From positions 56,404 to 120,403 of the forward strand of contig JABWBP010000016.1 of the NCBI GenBank assembly GCA_013360445.1: a stretch of DNA of 64,000 nt, read 5' to 3'. This DNA is from Calditrichaceae bacterium (GTDB taxonomy: Bacteria; Calditrichota; Calditrichia; RBG-13-44-9; J075). The notes under the pieces are model-generated. The model searched no databases. It was not told the origin of the DNA and saw nothing but the letters and a program-made list of their open reading frames with translations. How positions within the stretch are numbered: the stretch's first letter is position 1; each line of letters starts with the position of its first letter. Shown piece by piece: positions 30,547-40,554 of the stretch. The translations under genes and the position numbers were made by a program.

Positions 30547-30756
30547 TTACGATGATTTGCCGATCCGTTTGTTCAATTCCGCGACAATCTCCGCAACATT
30601 CTCGATTCCCTTGATCTTCGCGTTTTCCGCAATGGTGCCCCACACCGGCTCCCCGCAGGCGATGCACTTGATGCCGAACTCGCTGAGCGGGCGCACCAGT
30701 TCGGGAAATTCCGTTACGATCTCTTCAATGGAGGTTTCGGGGGTAATTTTCGCCAT
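30547..30756 (-). CDS. DUF1858 domain protein
   Basis: 69 aa with conserved CIACGEPVWGTI core typical of DUF1858. Confidence 0.55.
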   Translation of the reverse strand: MAKITPETSIEEIVTEFPELVRPLSEFGIKCIACGEPVWGTIAENAKIKGIENVAEIVAELNKRIGKSS

Positions 30757-30773
30757 CGCATATTCATCCTCGA

Positions 30774-31217
30774 TTACTTCTCTACCGGGTAACCTTTATT
30801 ATTCCATTCCACCATCCCGCCCTGGACCGCCACCAGATTCGTGAACCCCCGGGAGCGCAAATATTCCGCGGCTTTGCCGCTGCGATTCACGGTGCGGCAA
30901 ATCAGAATGACCTGCCGGTCTTTCAGGGAATCGATTTGCGCAGCCCAGGTCTGCATTTCCTGAACCGGCTTCAATTGCGCCCCGGCAATATGTCCCAGCG
31001 GGCCGCTGAATTCTTCTTGCGTGCGAACGTCGATGACCATCGCGCCAGGCTGGTTTTGAAGGATTTGATAAACTTCTTCAACCGGTAAGTGTTGAACCGC
31101 GGGGGTGTTTTGAGCGAGGCTGTCGGGGGAGTTCCGGGCTTCGCTGCACCCCCACCCTCCGAAAGCAGTCAGGGCAAGCACAAAACAGATATAACGGCAA
31201 ACCAGAAATCTTCTCAT
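30774..31217 (-). CDS. Rhodanese-like sulfurtransferase (secreted/lipoprotein)
   Basis: Signal peptide plus rhodanese fold with active-site loop CRTVNRSG (catalytic Cys) and the conserved VIDVRTQEEF block. Confidence 0.85.
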   Translation of the reverse strand: MRRFLVCRYICFVLALTAFGGWGCSEARNSPDSLAQNTPAVQHLPVEEVYQILQNQPGAMVIDVRTQEEFSGPLGHIAGAQLKPVQEMQTWAAQIDSLKDRQVILICRTVNRSGKAAEYLRSRGFTNLVAVQGGMVEWNNKGYPVEK

Positions 31218-31355
31218 CTTTATTATTTTCTCCTGAACTTAGTTTTTATTCCCGGGCGCGTAATTTTTTTTACCGGGCGAAGGTATAGATGCCGGCAGGC
31301 GCGGGAAGGTTACAGCGCCCCCTCACAGACCAGGCGCCTTCCCGGCTCGAGAATT

Positions 31356-32003
31356 TCAGGATTTTCGCAATTGGATTTTGTTTTCCGTTCCGCGGAGCAG
31401 CCGCTTGAGGTTGGAGCGATGGGTATAAAGTATCAACGCCGGGATGAACAGGCTGAAGATCAGCAATTGCACCGGAACGTTCCCGCCCATGGCAAATCGT
31501 TGCACAAATAACACCACCGGCAGGGTCAGCGAGGCCAGGATGGAGCCGAGCGAGACGAAACGGCTGAGGGCGACCGTTGCCACAAAAACCCCCAGGCAGA
31601 TGAGTACCGCCAGCGGCGCCAGGCCGATCACCATGCCCGCGCCGGTTCCCACCCCTTTGCCGCCTTTGAATCCGGCGAAAATGGTCCAGATGTGCCCGAA
31701 AACCGCGCTCAAACCGGCGAGAATCTGAAAATTGACCGTCTCCCAGCCCAGGCCGGTTTGCGCTCCCAATTTGGCAAACCAAACCGTGGGAATCAGCCCT
31801 TTCAGCATGTCGATCAGTAAAACAACCACCCCGGTTTTCCAGCCTAACAGCCGGAACACGTTGGTAGCCCCGGCGTTGCCGCTGCCCTTCGCATCTTTGC
31901 GGATGTCATACTCCTTTCCCCGCAGCAGCTTTCCGGCAATGATGCTGGTGGGAATGGAGCCGATGAGGTAGCTTACAACAATCATTCCGATAAGGTAAAT
32001 CAT
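31356..32003 (-). CDS. plsY: Glycerol-3-phosphate acyltransferase PlsY
   Basis: Hallmark GSGNAGATNVFR motif and five TM segments. 215 aa. Confidence 0.9.
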   Translation of the reverse strand: MIYLIGMIVVSYLIGSIPTSIIAGKLLRGKEYDIRKDAKGSGNAGATNVFRLLGWKTGVVVLLIDMLKGLIPTVWFAKLGAQTGLGWETVNFQILAGLSAVFGHIWTIFAGFKGGKGVGTGAGMVIGLAPLAVLICLGVFVATVALSRFVSLGSILASLTLPVVLFVQRFAMGGNVPVQLLIFSLFIPALILYTHRSNLKRLLRGTENKIQLRKS

Positions 32004-32135
32004 GGACTCTCCTCATAATTGTCTGTTGCATGTGGCGCGTGGCCATGGAAATCAATGATTGCCTCACTTTAGTAAGCCCCCCCGTGCGAGGTACGCCTGT
32101 GGCGCGTTCCATCGGTACTACCACCGTACCGCCAC

Positions 32136-33155
32136 CTACTCCCTCACCCGGCCAATAGGATAAAATTGGTACTGAAACTGCCTTCCAAAATCCAGCAGCG
32201 CCTGCCGGTGATGCGCCTCGATGATGAAAATGATCCCAATACCCAGGTTGAAGGTTTGCCGCATGTCTTCTTCGGGTACGTTCCCGGTTTCCTGAATCAG
32301 TCGGAAGATCGGGGGAACCGGCCAACTCTCCCAATCAATCTCCAGGGAAAGCCCCCCGGGCAGCAGGCGGTTGGTGTTTTTAACGATCCCACCGCCGGTC
32401 ACGTGGGAAATTCCCCGCAGGGGAAAATTCTCCAGCGCTTTGGAGATCACGGAATGGTAATTGGGATGGATTTTCAGCAGCTCGTCGGCCAGGGCAGCGT
32501 TCAGCGCCGGAATGTGGTCGTTCACCCCGTATTCGGCGAAGAGCACCCGCCGCGCCAGGGAATAGCCGTTGGTGTGCAGGCCGTTCCCGGATACTCCAAT
32601 GAGCGCGTCGCCGGGGCGGATGGCGCGGCCATCGATGATTTTCGATTTTTCCACGATCCCCACGATAGTGCCGCACATATCGTATTCGCCGGGCTGGTAG
32701 AGATCCGGCATTTCCGCGGTTTCCCCGCCGATGAGGGGAATGTTGGCGGCTTTGCAGGCCAGGGTAATCCCGGTAATCACCGCTTCATAAATTTCCGGCT
32801 GCAAATGGCCGCTGGCGAAGTAATCCAAAAAAAACAGCGGCGTTGCCCCGCATACCGCCACGTCGTTAGTGCAGTGGTTCACCAGATCCTGTCCCACGGT
32901 ATCGTGGCGGTTTGCCAGAATAGCCACTTTCAGCTTGGTTCCCACCCCGTCGGTAGAGGAGACCAGCACCGGTTCCTGAAAAGACCGCCCGGAGAGATCG
33001 TAAAAACCGCCGAACAAACCCACCCCGGAGAGTACTTCCGGGGTGTAGGTGCGGGCGATGCGCTCCTTCAGGCGTTCCAGGGAGCGTTCCGCTTTCTCGA
33101 TGTCCACTCCGGCGTCTTTGTAGGTTGTTTGTTGCTTCGCGTCATTCATGGTCAT
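32136..33155 (-). CDS. purM: Phosphoribosylformylglycinamidine cyclo-ligase (AIR synthetase)
   Basis: YKDAGVDI N-terminal motif, PurM N and C domains. The start codon lies inside the GTCATT repeat array (MTMND...). Confidence 0.9.
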   Translation of the reverse strand: MTMNDAKQQTTYKDAGVDIEKAERSLERLKERIARTYTPEVLSGVGLFGGFYDLSGRSFQEPVLVSSTDGVGTKLKVAILANRHDTVGQDLVNHCTNDVAVCGATPLFFLDYFASGHLQPEIYEAVITGITLACKAANIPLIGGETAEMPDLYQPGEYDMCGTIVGIVEKSKIIDGRAIRPGDALIGVSGNGLHTNGYSLARRVLFAEYGVNDHIPALNAALADELLKIHPNYHSVISKALENFPLRGISHVTGGGIVKNTNRLLPGGLSLEIDWESWPVPPIFRLIQETGNVPEEDMRQTFNLGIGIIFIIEAHHRQALLDFGRQFQYQFYPIGRVRE

Positions 33156-33235
33156 TCGCTTTCAGCGTCATTTGCCTGCCCCTTTGGGGCTTCGCGTCAT
33201 TCAATTGTCATTTGTCGCCATTCGTGAAATTGGTG
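33133..33235. repeat. GTCATT half-site array with GCCCCTTTGGGGC hairpin (same family as 28005-28160)
   Basis: GCGTCATTTGCCTGCCCCTTTGGGGCTTCGCGTCATTCAATTGTCATTTG aligns to the reverse complement of 28090-28140. Confidence 0.6.
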
Positions 33236-33771
33236 CAATTCGTGGTTGATACCACCAATTGCGCAAGATATGCTTCTCTTACTTCTTCAAAAAACCGCAG
33301 CACCTCCGCTTCGCGGTAGTCCGGGTAAGTCCACTCCTGGGGCCGGAAATGCCCTTTCTGATATTTCAAATGCAGGTCGGCAAAGATACCGCTATCCAGG
33401 TAGATGCGATGGCTGAAATCTTTGGTAGTGGCCAGCACTAATTTCGCTACACAAACATATCCGGGATCGATGTTGATCTGCCGCTTTCCTGCGCGTGAGA
33501 AGCCCTGTTCTAGTTCGTTGGCGGCTAATTTGATATCCGGAAGCTGCTCCGCCGGAATCAGGTCCCGGAAGGAGACCATGCGTTTTTTCAGGTTGTCGCC
33601 CATTTCCGGCAGGTAATAATCGGTGTGGTGAAACTCATACCACTCCATCGCCCGGTCAACCGGCGAATAGAGCTTCTCTAATTTCTCCTGGCAGGCCGGC
33701 CACAACGCCAGGTCCGTAATCGTAATTGCACTGATGAGCTTGACGGGGGGATAGGGTTTGATAAGTCCCAT
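33208..33771 (-). CDS. DUF4416 family protein
   Basis: MGLIKPYPPVKLI N-terminus and about 185 aa length typical of DUF4416. The upstream part of the ORF-track call is probably not coding. Confidence 0.5.
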   Translation of the reverse strand: MGLIKPYPPVKLISAITITDLALWPACQEKLEKLYSPVDRAMEWYEFHHTDYYLPEMGDNLKKRMVSFRDLIPAEQLPDIKLAANELEQGFSRAGKRQINIDPGYVCVAKLVLATTKDFSHRIYLDSGIFADLHLKYQKGHFRPQEWTYPDYREAEVLRFFEEVREAYLAQLVVSTTNCTNFTNGDK

Positions 33772-33926
33772 AAAAAGCCGTATTTTAGTGATTTTCTTTG
33801 AGCGGCAAACCTGGCGTATTGCCGGAAATACAAACCGCGCAATCCCGGGTCTTTCCGGAGGTTGCCTGGCTTTTACCGGGGCGCAGCACAATATGCAATT
33901 TGTGCTGCGCCCTTTATATCAAATCA

Positions 33927-35720
33927 TCAGTCCCGGTACAGGGTCTCTATTTCTTCCCGGTAATTCTTCTCCACTATTTTCCGCTTAATTTTCAGCGAGG
34001 GGGTCAGCTCCCCGCTTTCGATGCTAAAAGGCTGATCTAACAAGATAAATTTTTTGATCTGCTCATACGAAGCGCATTGGGCATTAACGGCATCGACTTC
34101 GCTTTGAATCAGTTTCACGACTCCCGGGTTCCGGTACAGCTCCTTGAGCGATGGGTAGGCAATCCCCTTTCCCTGGGCGAATTTTCCCACAACCTCTCCA
34201 TTGGGAACGATGATCGCGGCGCAGTATTTGCGCCGGTCGCCGATCACCAGCACCTGGTCGATATAGCGGGAAGTCGCCAGCAGGTTCTCCATCTTCTGGG
34301 GGGCCACGTTTTTGCCCCCCGCGGTAACGATGATGTTCTTCTTCCGGTCGGTAATCACCAACATGCCGTCTTCATCGATATGGCCGATATCGCCGGTGTA
34401 TAACCACTTTTCACTGTCGATGGCTTCCCGGGTCTCTTCCGGCTTTTTATAATATCCCTGCATGACGTGAGGCCCGCGGGTCAAAATTTCGCCGTCTTCG
34501 GCGATTTTGACTTCCACATTATCCAATCTTGTCCCTACGGATCCGAATTTGAATTTTTCAAACCGGTTCAAGGTGATGATCGGGGAGGTTTCCGTAAGAC
34601 CGTAACCTTCCAGGATCATCAGTCCCGCGGCGGTAAAGAATTCGCCGATCTCCTTTGCCAGGGGCGCGCCGCCGGATGCGAAAAAGCGAATCCGCCCCCC
34701 CACCCGCTCCTTCAGCTTTGAAAAAACCAGCTTGTTCGCAACGGCGTACTTGATTTTCAATCCCCCGGGAAGGGGTTTATTTTTTTGGCGATACTCCGTT
34801 ACCACCCGCCCCACCCCGATGGCCCAGTGGAACAATTTGCGTTTGAGGGGCGAGCCTTCTTCCACAGAACCGACCACCCGGGCGTAGATCTTCTCGAACA
34901 GGCGCGGAACGCTGGTCATTACCGTGGGGCGCACTTCCTGCAGATTCTGGGGAACCGTTTCGATAGATTCCGCATAGGCAATCGCCGCGCCCTGGTGGTT
35001 GACGAAGAAATGCCCCGCCATGCGCTCGAACACGTGCGAAAGCGGCAGGAACGAGAGGAAGGTATCGTTTTCCGTGACCGGAATCGCCCGGGCGCTGGCT
35101 TCGATGTTGGAGAGGAAATTTTCGTGGGTGAGCATCACGCCTTTCGGTTCCCCGGTAGTGCCGGAAGTATAGATGAACGTTGCCAGATCACTCCGGGTGA
35201 GGCCGGCGACAGACTTTTCGACCACCCCGGGATTCTCTTCCAAATACGCCTGCCCAATCTCATAAAAGCGCTCAAGCGGAATGGCTTTGGGGTGATTCAC
35301 CCCGGCCGGATCGATCAACACATATTTTTCAACATTGCGAATACCCTTTTCGATCTCCAATAGCTTCCCGAATTGGATGAGGTTCGATACTACCACAATT
35401 TTAGCTTCGCAATCATTGATAATGTATTCAACGTCTTTGGGGAGCAGGGTGGCGTAGATCGGAACCGAAATTGCCCCGAGAGATAAAATCGCGTAATCGA
35501 AGAAAGCCCACTCCTTGCAATTTTCCGAGAAAATCACCACCCGATCCCCCTTTTTTACTCCCAGGGATATCAGTCCCCCGGCCAGGCTGGCAACCGCAGC
35601 CTGAATTTCCTTGAATTTAAGGGGTTGGTAGCCGCCCTCTTCTTTGTAAAGGATGCCGGTACGCTCTGAAAACTTTCGACAGGTTGTAAAAAACATTTCG
35701 GAAAGGCTTGAATAGTTCAT
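33927..35720 (-). CDS. Long-chain fatty acid--CoA ligase (AMP-dependent synthetase)
   Basis: AMP-binding motifs YTSGTTGEPKGV, GYGLTET, TGDIGHIDEDGMLVITDRKKN. About 600 aa. Confidence 0.85.
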   Translation of the reverse strand: MNYSSLSEMFFTTCRKFSERTGILYKEEGGYQPLKFKEIQAAVASLAGGLISLGVKKGDRVVIFSENCKEWAFFDYAILSLGAISVPIYATLLPKDVEYIINDCEAKIVVVSNLIQFGKLLEIEKGIRNVEKYVLIDPAGVNHPKAIPLERFYEIGQAYLEENPGVVEKSVAGLTRSDLATFIYTSGTTGEPKGVMLTHENFLSNIEASARAIPVTENDTFLSFLPLSHVFERMAGHFFVNHQGAAIAYAESIETVPQNLQEVRPTVMTSVPRLFEKIYARVVGSVEEGSPLKRKLFHWAIGVGRVVTEYRQKNKPLPGGLKIKYAVANKLVFSKLKERVGGRIRFFASGGAPLAKEIGEFFTAAGLMILEGYGLTETSPIITLNRFEKFKFGSVGTRLDNVEVKIAEDGEILTRGPHVMQGYYKKPEETREAIDSEKWLYTGDIGHIDEDGMLVITDRKKNIIVTAGGKNVAPQKMENLLATSRYIDQVLVIGDRRKYCAAIIVPNGEVVGKFAQGKGIAYPSLKELYRNPGVVKLIQSEVDAVNAQCASYEQIKKFILLDQPFSIESGELTPSLKIKRKIVEKNYREEIETLYRD

Positions 35721-35811
35721 GGTCTCCTCCGCAAGATTATGTTTGCGCATCATATTATGAAAATTCGCTGAATATGTCAATAGCGCAGGAGTTCATTCAG
35801 GAGCAGAGGCA

Positions 35812-36050
35812 GTTAAACCGGGAGGGTTTAATCCCGACAAATTCACAGGGAAGTGAATGTAGTTGTCGGGAGGGCGGGAGCAGGGGCAGTTGGCAGGAGC
35901 AGGGGCAGGAGCAGGGGCAGGGAGCAGGGGCAGGGAGCAAGAGCAGGGGCAGGGAGAGACCAGGTGAGGAGTTGAAATTGCCTATTGCCTACTGCCACCT
36001 GCCTATTGCCTACTGCCACCTGCCAACTGCCCCTGCTCCTGCCTACTGCT
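35812..36050. repeat. Composite repeat: hairpin CCCGACAA/TTGTCGGG, tandem (GGAGCAGGGGCAG)x6, tandem TGCCTATTGCCTACTGCCACC x2, flanked by 27-bp inverted arms
   Basis: GGGGCAGTTGGCAGGAGCAGGGGCAGG (35883-35909) is the reverse complement of CCTGCCAACTGCCCCTGCTCCTGCC (36020-36044). ORF 35708-36073 is a translation artefact of these repeats. Confidence 0.7.
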
Positions 36051-36053
36051 TCG

Positions 36054-36512
36054 CTATTCCCGAAGCGCCGTAACGATCCGCCACTCCCGCTCCGTTACCG
36101 GCTGAACCGACAGGCGGCTGCCTTTGCGAAGCAAAACCATGTTCTCCAATCCCGGGATTTCTTTCAACTGCGGCAGGGAGACGGGCGCGGAAAATTCCCG
36201 GTAATATTGAATATCCACGGTATCCCAGCGAGGGTTTTCCGGGGTGCTTTGGGGATCGAAATAATGCGAGGAGGGATCGAACTGGGTGGGGTCGGGATAA
36301 GCGCCGCGCACCACTTTGGCGATTCCCATAATGGCCAGGGGATTTGCCTGGCTGTGATAGAACAAAACCAGGTCGCCGGGCTGCATTTCCCGCATGAAAT
36401 TCCGCGCCTGGTAATTCCTCACCCCCTCCCAGGAGGTGGTTTGGCCGGGCGCGGCTTTCAAGTCTTCCCAGGAAAACTCAGAAGGCTCGGTTTTCACTAA
36501 CCAGTATTTCAT
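36054..36512 (-). CDS. EVE domain protein (PUA-like)
   Basis: MKYWLVKTEPSEFSWEDL N-terminus and about 150 aa length typical of EVE/thymocyte nuclear protein-like domains. Confidence 0.85.
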   Translation of the reverse strand: MKYWLVKTEPSEFSWEDLKAAPGQTTSWEGVRNYQARNFMREMQPGDLVLFYHSQANPLAIMGIAKVVRGAYPDPTQFDPSSHYFDPQSTPENPRWDTVDIQYYREFSAPVSLPQLKEIPGLENMVLLRKGSRLSVQPVTEREWRIVTALRE

Positions 36513-36550
36513 TGCTTAACAACCTTTTCCCGGCGAGGGAAAAGCATTAG

Positions 36551-36838
36551 TTACGCGGCAGACAATTTTTTTACTTTGAATTCTCCACGGCGCTGTTGTA
36601 TGCGCCACAGATCATACTGTGCTTGCTGGTTCATCCAGCTCTCGGCGGACGTGTCGAATGCAATGGAAAGACGCACCGCCATCTCCGGACTTATTCCCGT
36701 GCGACCATTCAATAAGTTGGATAACGTCTTGCGGCTCACCCCAAGAGCCCTGGCAGCCTCGGTGACACTCAGGCTCAACGGCTCAAGACATAACGTACGC
36801 AGGATTTCTCCCGGGTGAGGGGGATTATACATTAACAT
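36551..36838 (-). CDS. higA: HigA-family antitoxin (XRE-type HTH)
   Basis: HTH segment [33 protein letters not shown]. 95 aa. Immediately downstream of a HigB-like gene. Confidence 0.8.
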   Translation of the reverse strand: MLMYNPPHPGEILRTLCLEPLSLSVTEAARALGVSRKTLSNLLNGRTGISPEMAVRLSIAFDTSAESWMNQQAQYDLWRIQQRRGEFKVKKLSAA

Positions 36839-36847
36839 GTTTACTCC

Positions 36848-37126
36848 TTAATGATAGTCCTCATAGTCAACCAACTCTACATCCTTCTCAACAAACACAA
36901 AAGTCACTCGCCAATTGCCACTTACCTTCACTGCCCATGTCCCTTTTCGATTGCCCTTGAGTTGGTGAAGCTGCAACCCCGGCAGTTTCATATCCTGGGG
37001 GCTGGTTGATGCGTGCAAACGCGCCAGGATCAAACGCAGTCGTTTAGCATGCCCGGCCTGAATACCTGCCTTCGTTCCATTCAGAAAAAACCGTTCGAGC
37101 CCCTTATGCTTGAAGCTTTTGATCAT
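36848..37126 (-). CDS. higB: HigB-family toxin (RelE/ParE superfamily)
   Basis: 92 aa. MIKSFKHKGLERFF N-terminus typical of HigB 'killer protein'. Toxin-first, antitoxin-second order. Confidence 0.8.
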   Translation of the reverse strand: MIKSFKHKGLERFFLNGTKAGIQAGHAKRLRLILARLHASTSPQDMKLPGLQLHQLKGNRKGTWAVKVSGNWRVTFVFVEKDVELVDYEDYH

Positions 37127-37153
37127 TCGTTGAGTCGCTTACAATCGTCATCA

Positions 37154-38821
37154 TTACCGCCCCTTGGGCACTTCCACGAAGACCACCCGGCTGTCATCTT
37201 CCCCGGGAAGACGGCTGTCCTTCAATTTAAAGCGCAGGTATTGCCCCGGCTTTGCCTGGCGGATTACCTGCTCGAATTCGGCGATGCCGGCCAGGGGTTT
37301 GTTGTTGATGCTGAGTATGATCGATTGGGAGAAAACCCCGGCGCTTTCCGCCGGGCTTCCCGGGGCTACTTTTTCGACCAGCAGCCCGTTTTCGAGGGAG
37401 AGGCGCTCTTTTTCTTCCCCGGTGAGTTCGCGCACGCCAATCCCCAAGTTTTCAAATTTCTCTTTTACGGCGCCGTTCTTCTGCGCTGCCGGTTCCTCGT
37501 CCTCCGGGGCTTCCGCCAGGGTTACCGCCACATCCAGGGCGCGGCGCTCCCGCCAGATCGTCACCCGCACGGTTTCGCCGGGATAATGCCGGGCGATTTT
37601 GGTTTGCAAATCATTCACCGAAACCACTTCTTCCCCCTCTACTTTCAGCACCACGTCTCCCTGGCGCATCCCCACTTCCCCCGCCGGGGAACCGGGGGTG
37701 ACTCCCTGGATGAGGGCGCCGCCGGGCCGCGCCAGCCCCACCGCCCGGGCCACGTTGTCGGTAACCGGCTCGATGACCACTCCTAAGATGGCGCGCCGCA
37801 CCCGCCCGAATTTCAAGAGATCGGTAACCACTTTGCGGGCCAGGTTAACCGGGATGGCGAACCCGTAGCCCTGGTAGTACCCGTTGCGGGTGGCGATGGC
37901 GGTGTTCAGGCCGATCACCTCCCCCTTTAAATTCACCAGCGCCCCCCCGCTGTTGCCGGGGTTGATCACCGCGTCGGTCTGGATGAAATGTTCGATGCGG
38001 TAGCGGTATTTCGGGTCGATAATATTGATATTCCGCCCCAGCGCGCTGATGATCCCCGCGGTCACCGTGGAAGTAAAATTCAGGGGATTTCCCACCGCCA
38101 TCACCCACTCGCCGATCTGCACGCTGTCGGAATTTCCCATCAAGGCTACCGGAAGAGCCTGCGCCTTCACTTTTAGCAGTGCCACGTCTGTAGTCGGGTC
38201 GCCGCCGATCAATTCCGCGTCGAACTCCCGTTTATCGTACAGGGTAATTTGCAGCCGCTCCGATTCTTCCACCACGTGATAATTGGTCATAATATAACCG
38301 TCGTCGCTGATGATGATGCCGGAGCCGGAGCCGGGCTGGATGATTTCGTCGTCTTTTTCGCCTTCATCCTCTTTCTCCCCGTCTTTTTTCGGGGGAAAAA
38401 AATGCGGGAAGAAGTCGATAGCGGGATGGCGGAACCGCCGGGAGCTGCGGATGGATACCACCGCGGGAAGGATTTGCCGGGCGGCGTTCACGAAAATCGT
38501 ATTGGGATTATCGGAAAACGGGATTTTCCCGGAGATGGAGGGAGTTGGCGGATAGGGCTGCATTTCCGTAGAGGTTCGCCAGGAGATGGTATCCCCGGGG
38601 GAAGGTGCGTTATCGGATTGCCGGGCATCGGGATCGGGAGGCGATTCCGGCTCCCGGGCCTCCGGCGCCGGGGCTGCCGGTTTGTCCGGCTGGGGAGAAA
38701 TTTGCTGCGTCAGCGGGGAGGGAGTATTCTGCGATTTCGATCCCAGGGTGAGCATCCACACCATTACCACCACGACGAGAACGCCGCTCAAAATTACTCC
38801 GATTTTTTTCATCTCTTCCAT
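37154..38821 (-). CDS. htrA: Periplasmic serine endoprotease DegP/HtrA family with two PDZ domains
   Basis: Catalytic triad context (TNYHVV ... DVALLKV ... GNSGGALVN). Two PDZ-like segments. N-terminal TM/signal and a Pro/Glu-rich low-complexity linker. Confidence 0.9.
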   Translation of the reverse strand: MEEMKKIGVILSGVLVVVVMVWMLTLGSKSQNTPSPLTQQISPQPDKPAAPAPEAREPESPPDPDARQSDNAPSPGDTISWRTSTEMQPYPPTPSISGKIPFSDNPNTIFVNAARQILPAVVSIRSSRRFRHPAIDFFPHFFPPKKDGEKEDEGEKDDEIIQPGSGSGIIISDDGYIMTNYHVVEESERLQITLYDKREFDAELIGGDPTTDVALLKVKAQALPVALMGNSDSVQIGEWVMAVGNPLNFTSTVTAGIISALGRNINIIDPKYRYRIEHFIQTDAVINPGNSGGALVNLKGEVIGLNTAIATRNGYYQGYGFAIPVNLARKVVTDLLKFGRVRRAILGVVIEPVTDNVARAVGLARPGGALIQGVTPGSPAGEVGMRQGDVVLKVEGEEVVSVNDLQTKIARHYPGETVRVTIWRERRALDVAVTLAEAPEDEEPAAQKNGAVKEKFENLGIGVRELTGEEKERLSLENGLLVEKVAPGSPAESAGVFSQSIILSINNKPLAGIAEFEQVIRQAKPGQYLRFKLKDSRLPGEDDSRVVFVEVPKGR

Positions 38822-39075
38822 AAATTGATTCCGGCTATTATTAACGGCTATCTGTTCCCATTAAGATATGAGGCTTCATGATTAAGATTCAATCGCCAAT
38901 TTAGCGCCGGAGCGAAGTAAAACATAATTAAAATTTCTTTATCTCCTGCTTTTTTCTTTGATTTTTTGGCTTTGCATCTACTGGCGCGCTTTCATAATTT
39001 CGGGTTGAAATCGAGGCTCAACCGAAGTGCAAGCGGGTTTCTAAACAACCAGAACCGACCTTTTAGGATAAGCAC

Positions 39076-40314
39076 ATGAAACATCCTTTCATTTTAGCAG
39101 GGATACTCAGCATGGCATTGCTGGCAACCATTCTCGCAGAGAACCAGGGGAACGCACCCGCTCCCGCGGACGCCCCGGTCATCCGGGTGGCAACCTTCAA
39201 CGTGGAAGATATTCGCACGGAAGACCTGAAAAATCCCGGCCACCCGCGCTTGAAACGCATCGCCGAAATCGTCCAGCGTATCCGCCCGGATATCATTCTG
39301 ATCAATGAAATTGCTTATGACCAGCCCGGCGCACCCGGCGTGGCGGAAGGCGATCCCCCGGGATTGAACGGCCAGCGCCTGGCGGATAATTTCCTGGGCG
39401 CGGCGCAATCGCCGGGCTTGCAGCCGTTGCGCTTCCGCGTTTTTATGGCCCCTTCCAACACCGGCGTCTCCAGTGGCTTCGATCTCAATAATAACCGCGA
39501 TACCACCCGCGCCTTTCCCCCGCCTCCCGGCCCGGCGCCGGACGGCAGCCCCGGGAAACAAACCCCGGAAGGGCGGGCATACGGCGACGATTCCTGGGGC
39601 TTCGGGACCTTTCCCGGGCAATACGGCATGGCCCTGCTGGTAAGCGAGCGCTTTGAAATTCTGCACTCGCAAGTGCGCACTTTTCAAAAATTTCCCTGGC
39701 GCGCCATGCCCGGGGCGCTCCTGCCCGCCGATCCGCAGACCGGCGCGCCCTGGTACTCCCCCGAAGAGGTCGCCCGATTTCCCCTGAGCTCCAAAAGCCA
39801 CTGGGACGTGCCGGTGAAACTCCCCCACGGCGCGGTTTTGCACCTGCTGTGCAGCCATCCCACTCCCCCGGCGTTCGACGGCGCGGAACAGCGCAATAAA
39901 CGCCGCAATCACGATGAAATCCGCTTCTGGGCCGACTACCTGAACGGGGCGGGGTACATCGTTGACGACGCCGGAACTGCCGGGGGCCTGGAGGCGGGGG
40001 CGGCATTCGTGATTTTAGGAGATCTGAACGCCGATCCCGATGAAGGAAACTCTATAAACAATCCCATCAAACGTTTTCTGCTCAGCCATCCCCGCGTCAA
40101 CGGTGAATTTGTGCCCCACGCGCCTCTTGCGGATGAAAAATTAGATATCGACGATACCGCCGCCTGGGAGCTGCGGGTCGATTATGTGCTGCCCTCCCGG
40201 GGTTTGGAGGTTGTCTCCGGGGGAATCTGGCGTCCGCAGGAAACTTCGCCCGGGGCAACCCCGGTGAGCGACCACTTCCCGGTTTGGATCGATATCGCCG
40301 TTCCCGCTCGTTGA
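39076..40314 (+). CDS. Secreted endonuclease/exonuclease/phosphatase (EEP) family protein
   Basis: Signal peptide. EEP motifs VATFNVE ... ILINEI ... VILGDLNADP ... SDHFPVWIDI. Confidence 0.8.
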   Translation: MKHPFILAGILSMALLATILAENQGNAPAPADAPVIRVATFNVEDIRTEDLKNPGHPRLKRIAEIVQRIRPDIILINEIAYDQPGAPGVAEGDPPGLNGQRLADNFLGAAQSPGLQPLRFRVFMAPSNTGVSSGFDLNNNRDTTRAFPPPPGPAPDGSPGKQTPEGRAYGDDSWGFGTFPGQYGMALLVSERFEILHSQVRTFQKFPWRAMPGALLPADPQTGAPWYSPEEVARFPLSSKSHWDVPVKLPHGAVLHLLCSHPTPPAFDGAEQRNKRRNHDEIRFWADYLNGAGYIVDDAGTAGGLEAGAAFVILGDLNADPDEGNSINNPIKRFLLSHPRVNGEFVPHAPLADEKLDIDDTAAWELRVDYVLPSRGLEVVSGGIWRPQETSPGATPVSDHFPVWIDIAVPAR

Positions 40315-40554
40315 ATTCCGGGCGGCAAGCGGCAATTTTTCTATAAAATACTGGTAACTATAGTTTTTCAGAAAAATAATTTCCACGGCAGAATAATTTG
40401 ATGGCAAAATGATTCAAATGTTTACATCAAACATTATTTTGCCAATCAATCATTTTGCCTTGATTAGCAGGCTCAAATTAGCCGACCTGAATCCTTGTAA
40501 GCTGGGAATATAATTTTCTGAAAATCTATATTCATCCAAAACGGAGGAATCGCC

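Noticed and set aside
35708-36073. 121-aa plus-strand ORF encoding QEQGQEQGQGAGAG and PIAYCHLPIAYCHLP
   Set aside because: It is a translation of tandem and inverted DNA repeats (GCAGGGGCAG tandems; TGCCTATTGCCTACTGCC duplicates). This is a repeat artefact, not a gene.
37164-38881. Plus-strand ORFs 37164-37586, 37599-37868, 38249-38881 and similar
   Set aside because: They are antisense to htrA/degP, with low-complexity products.
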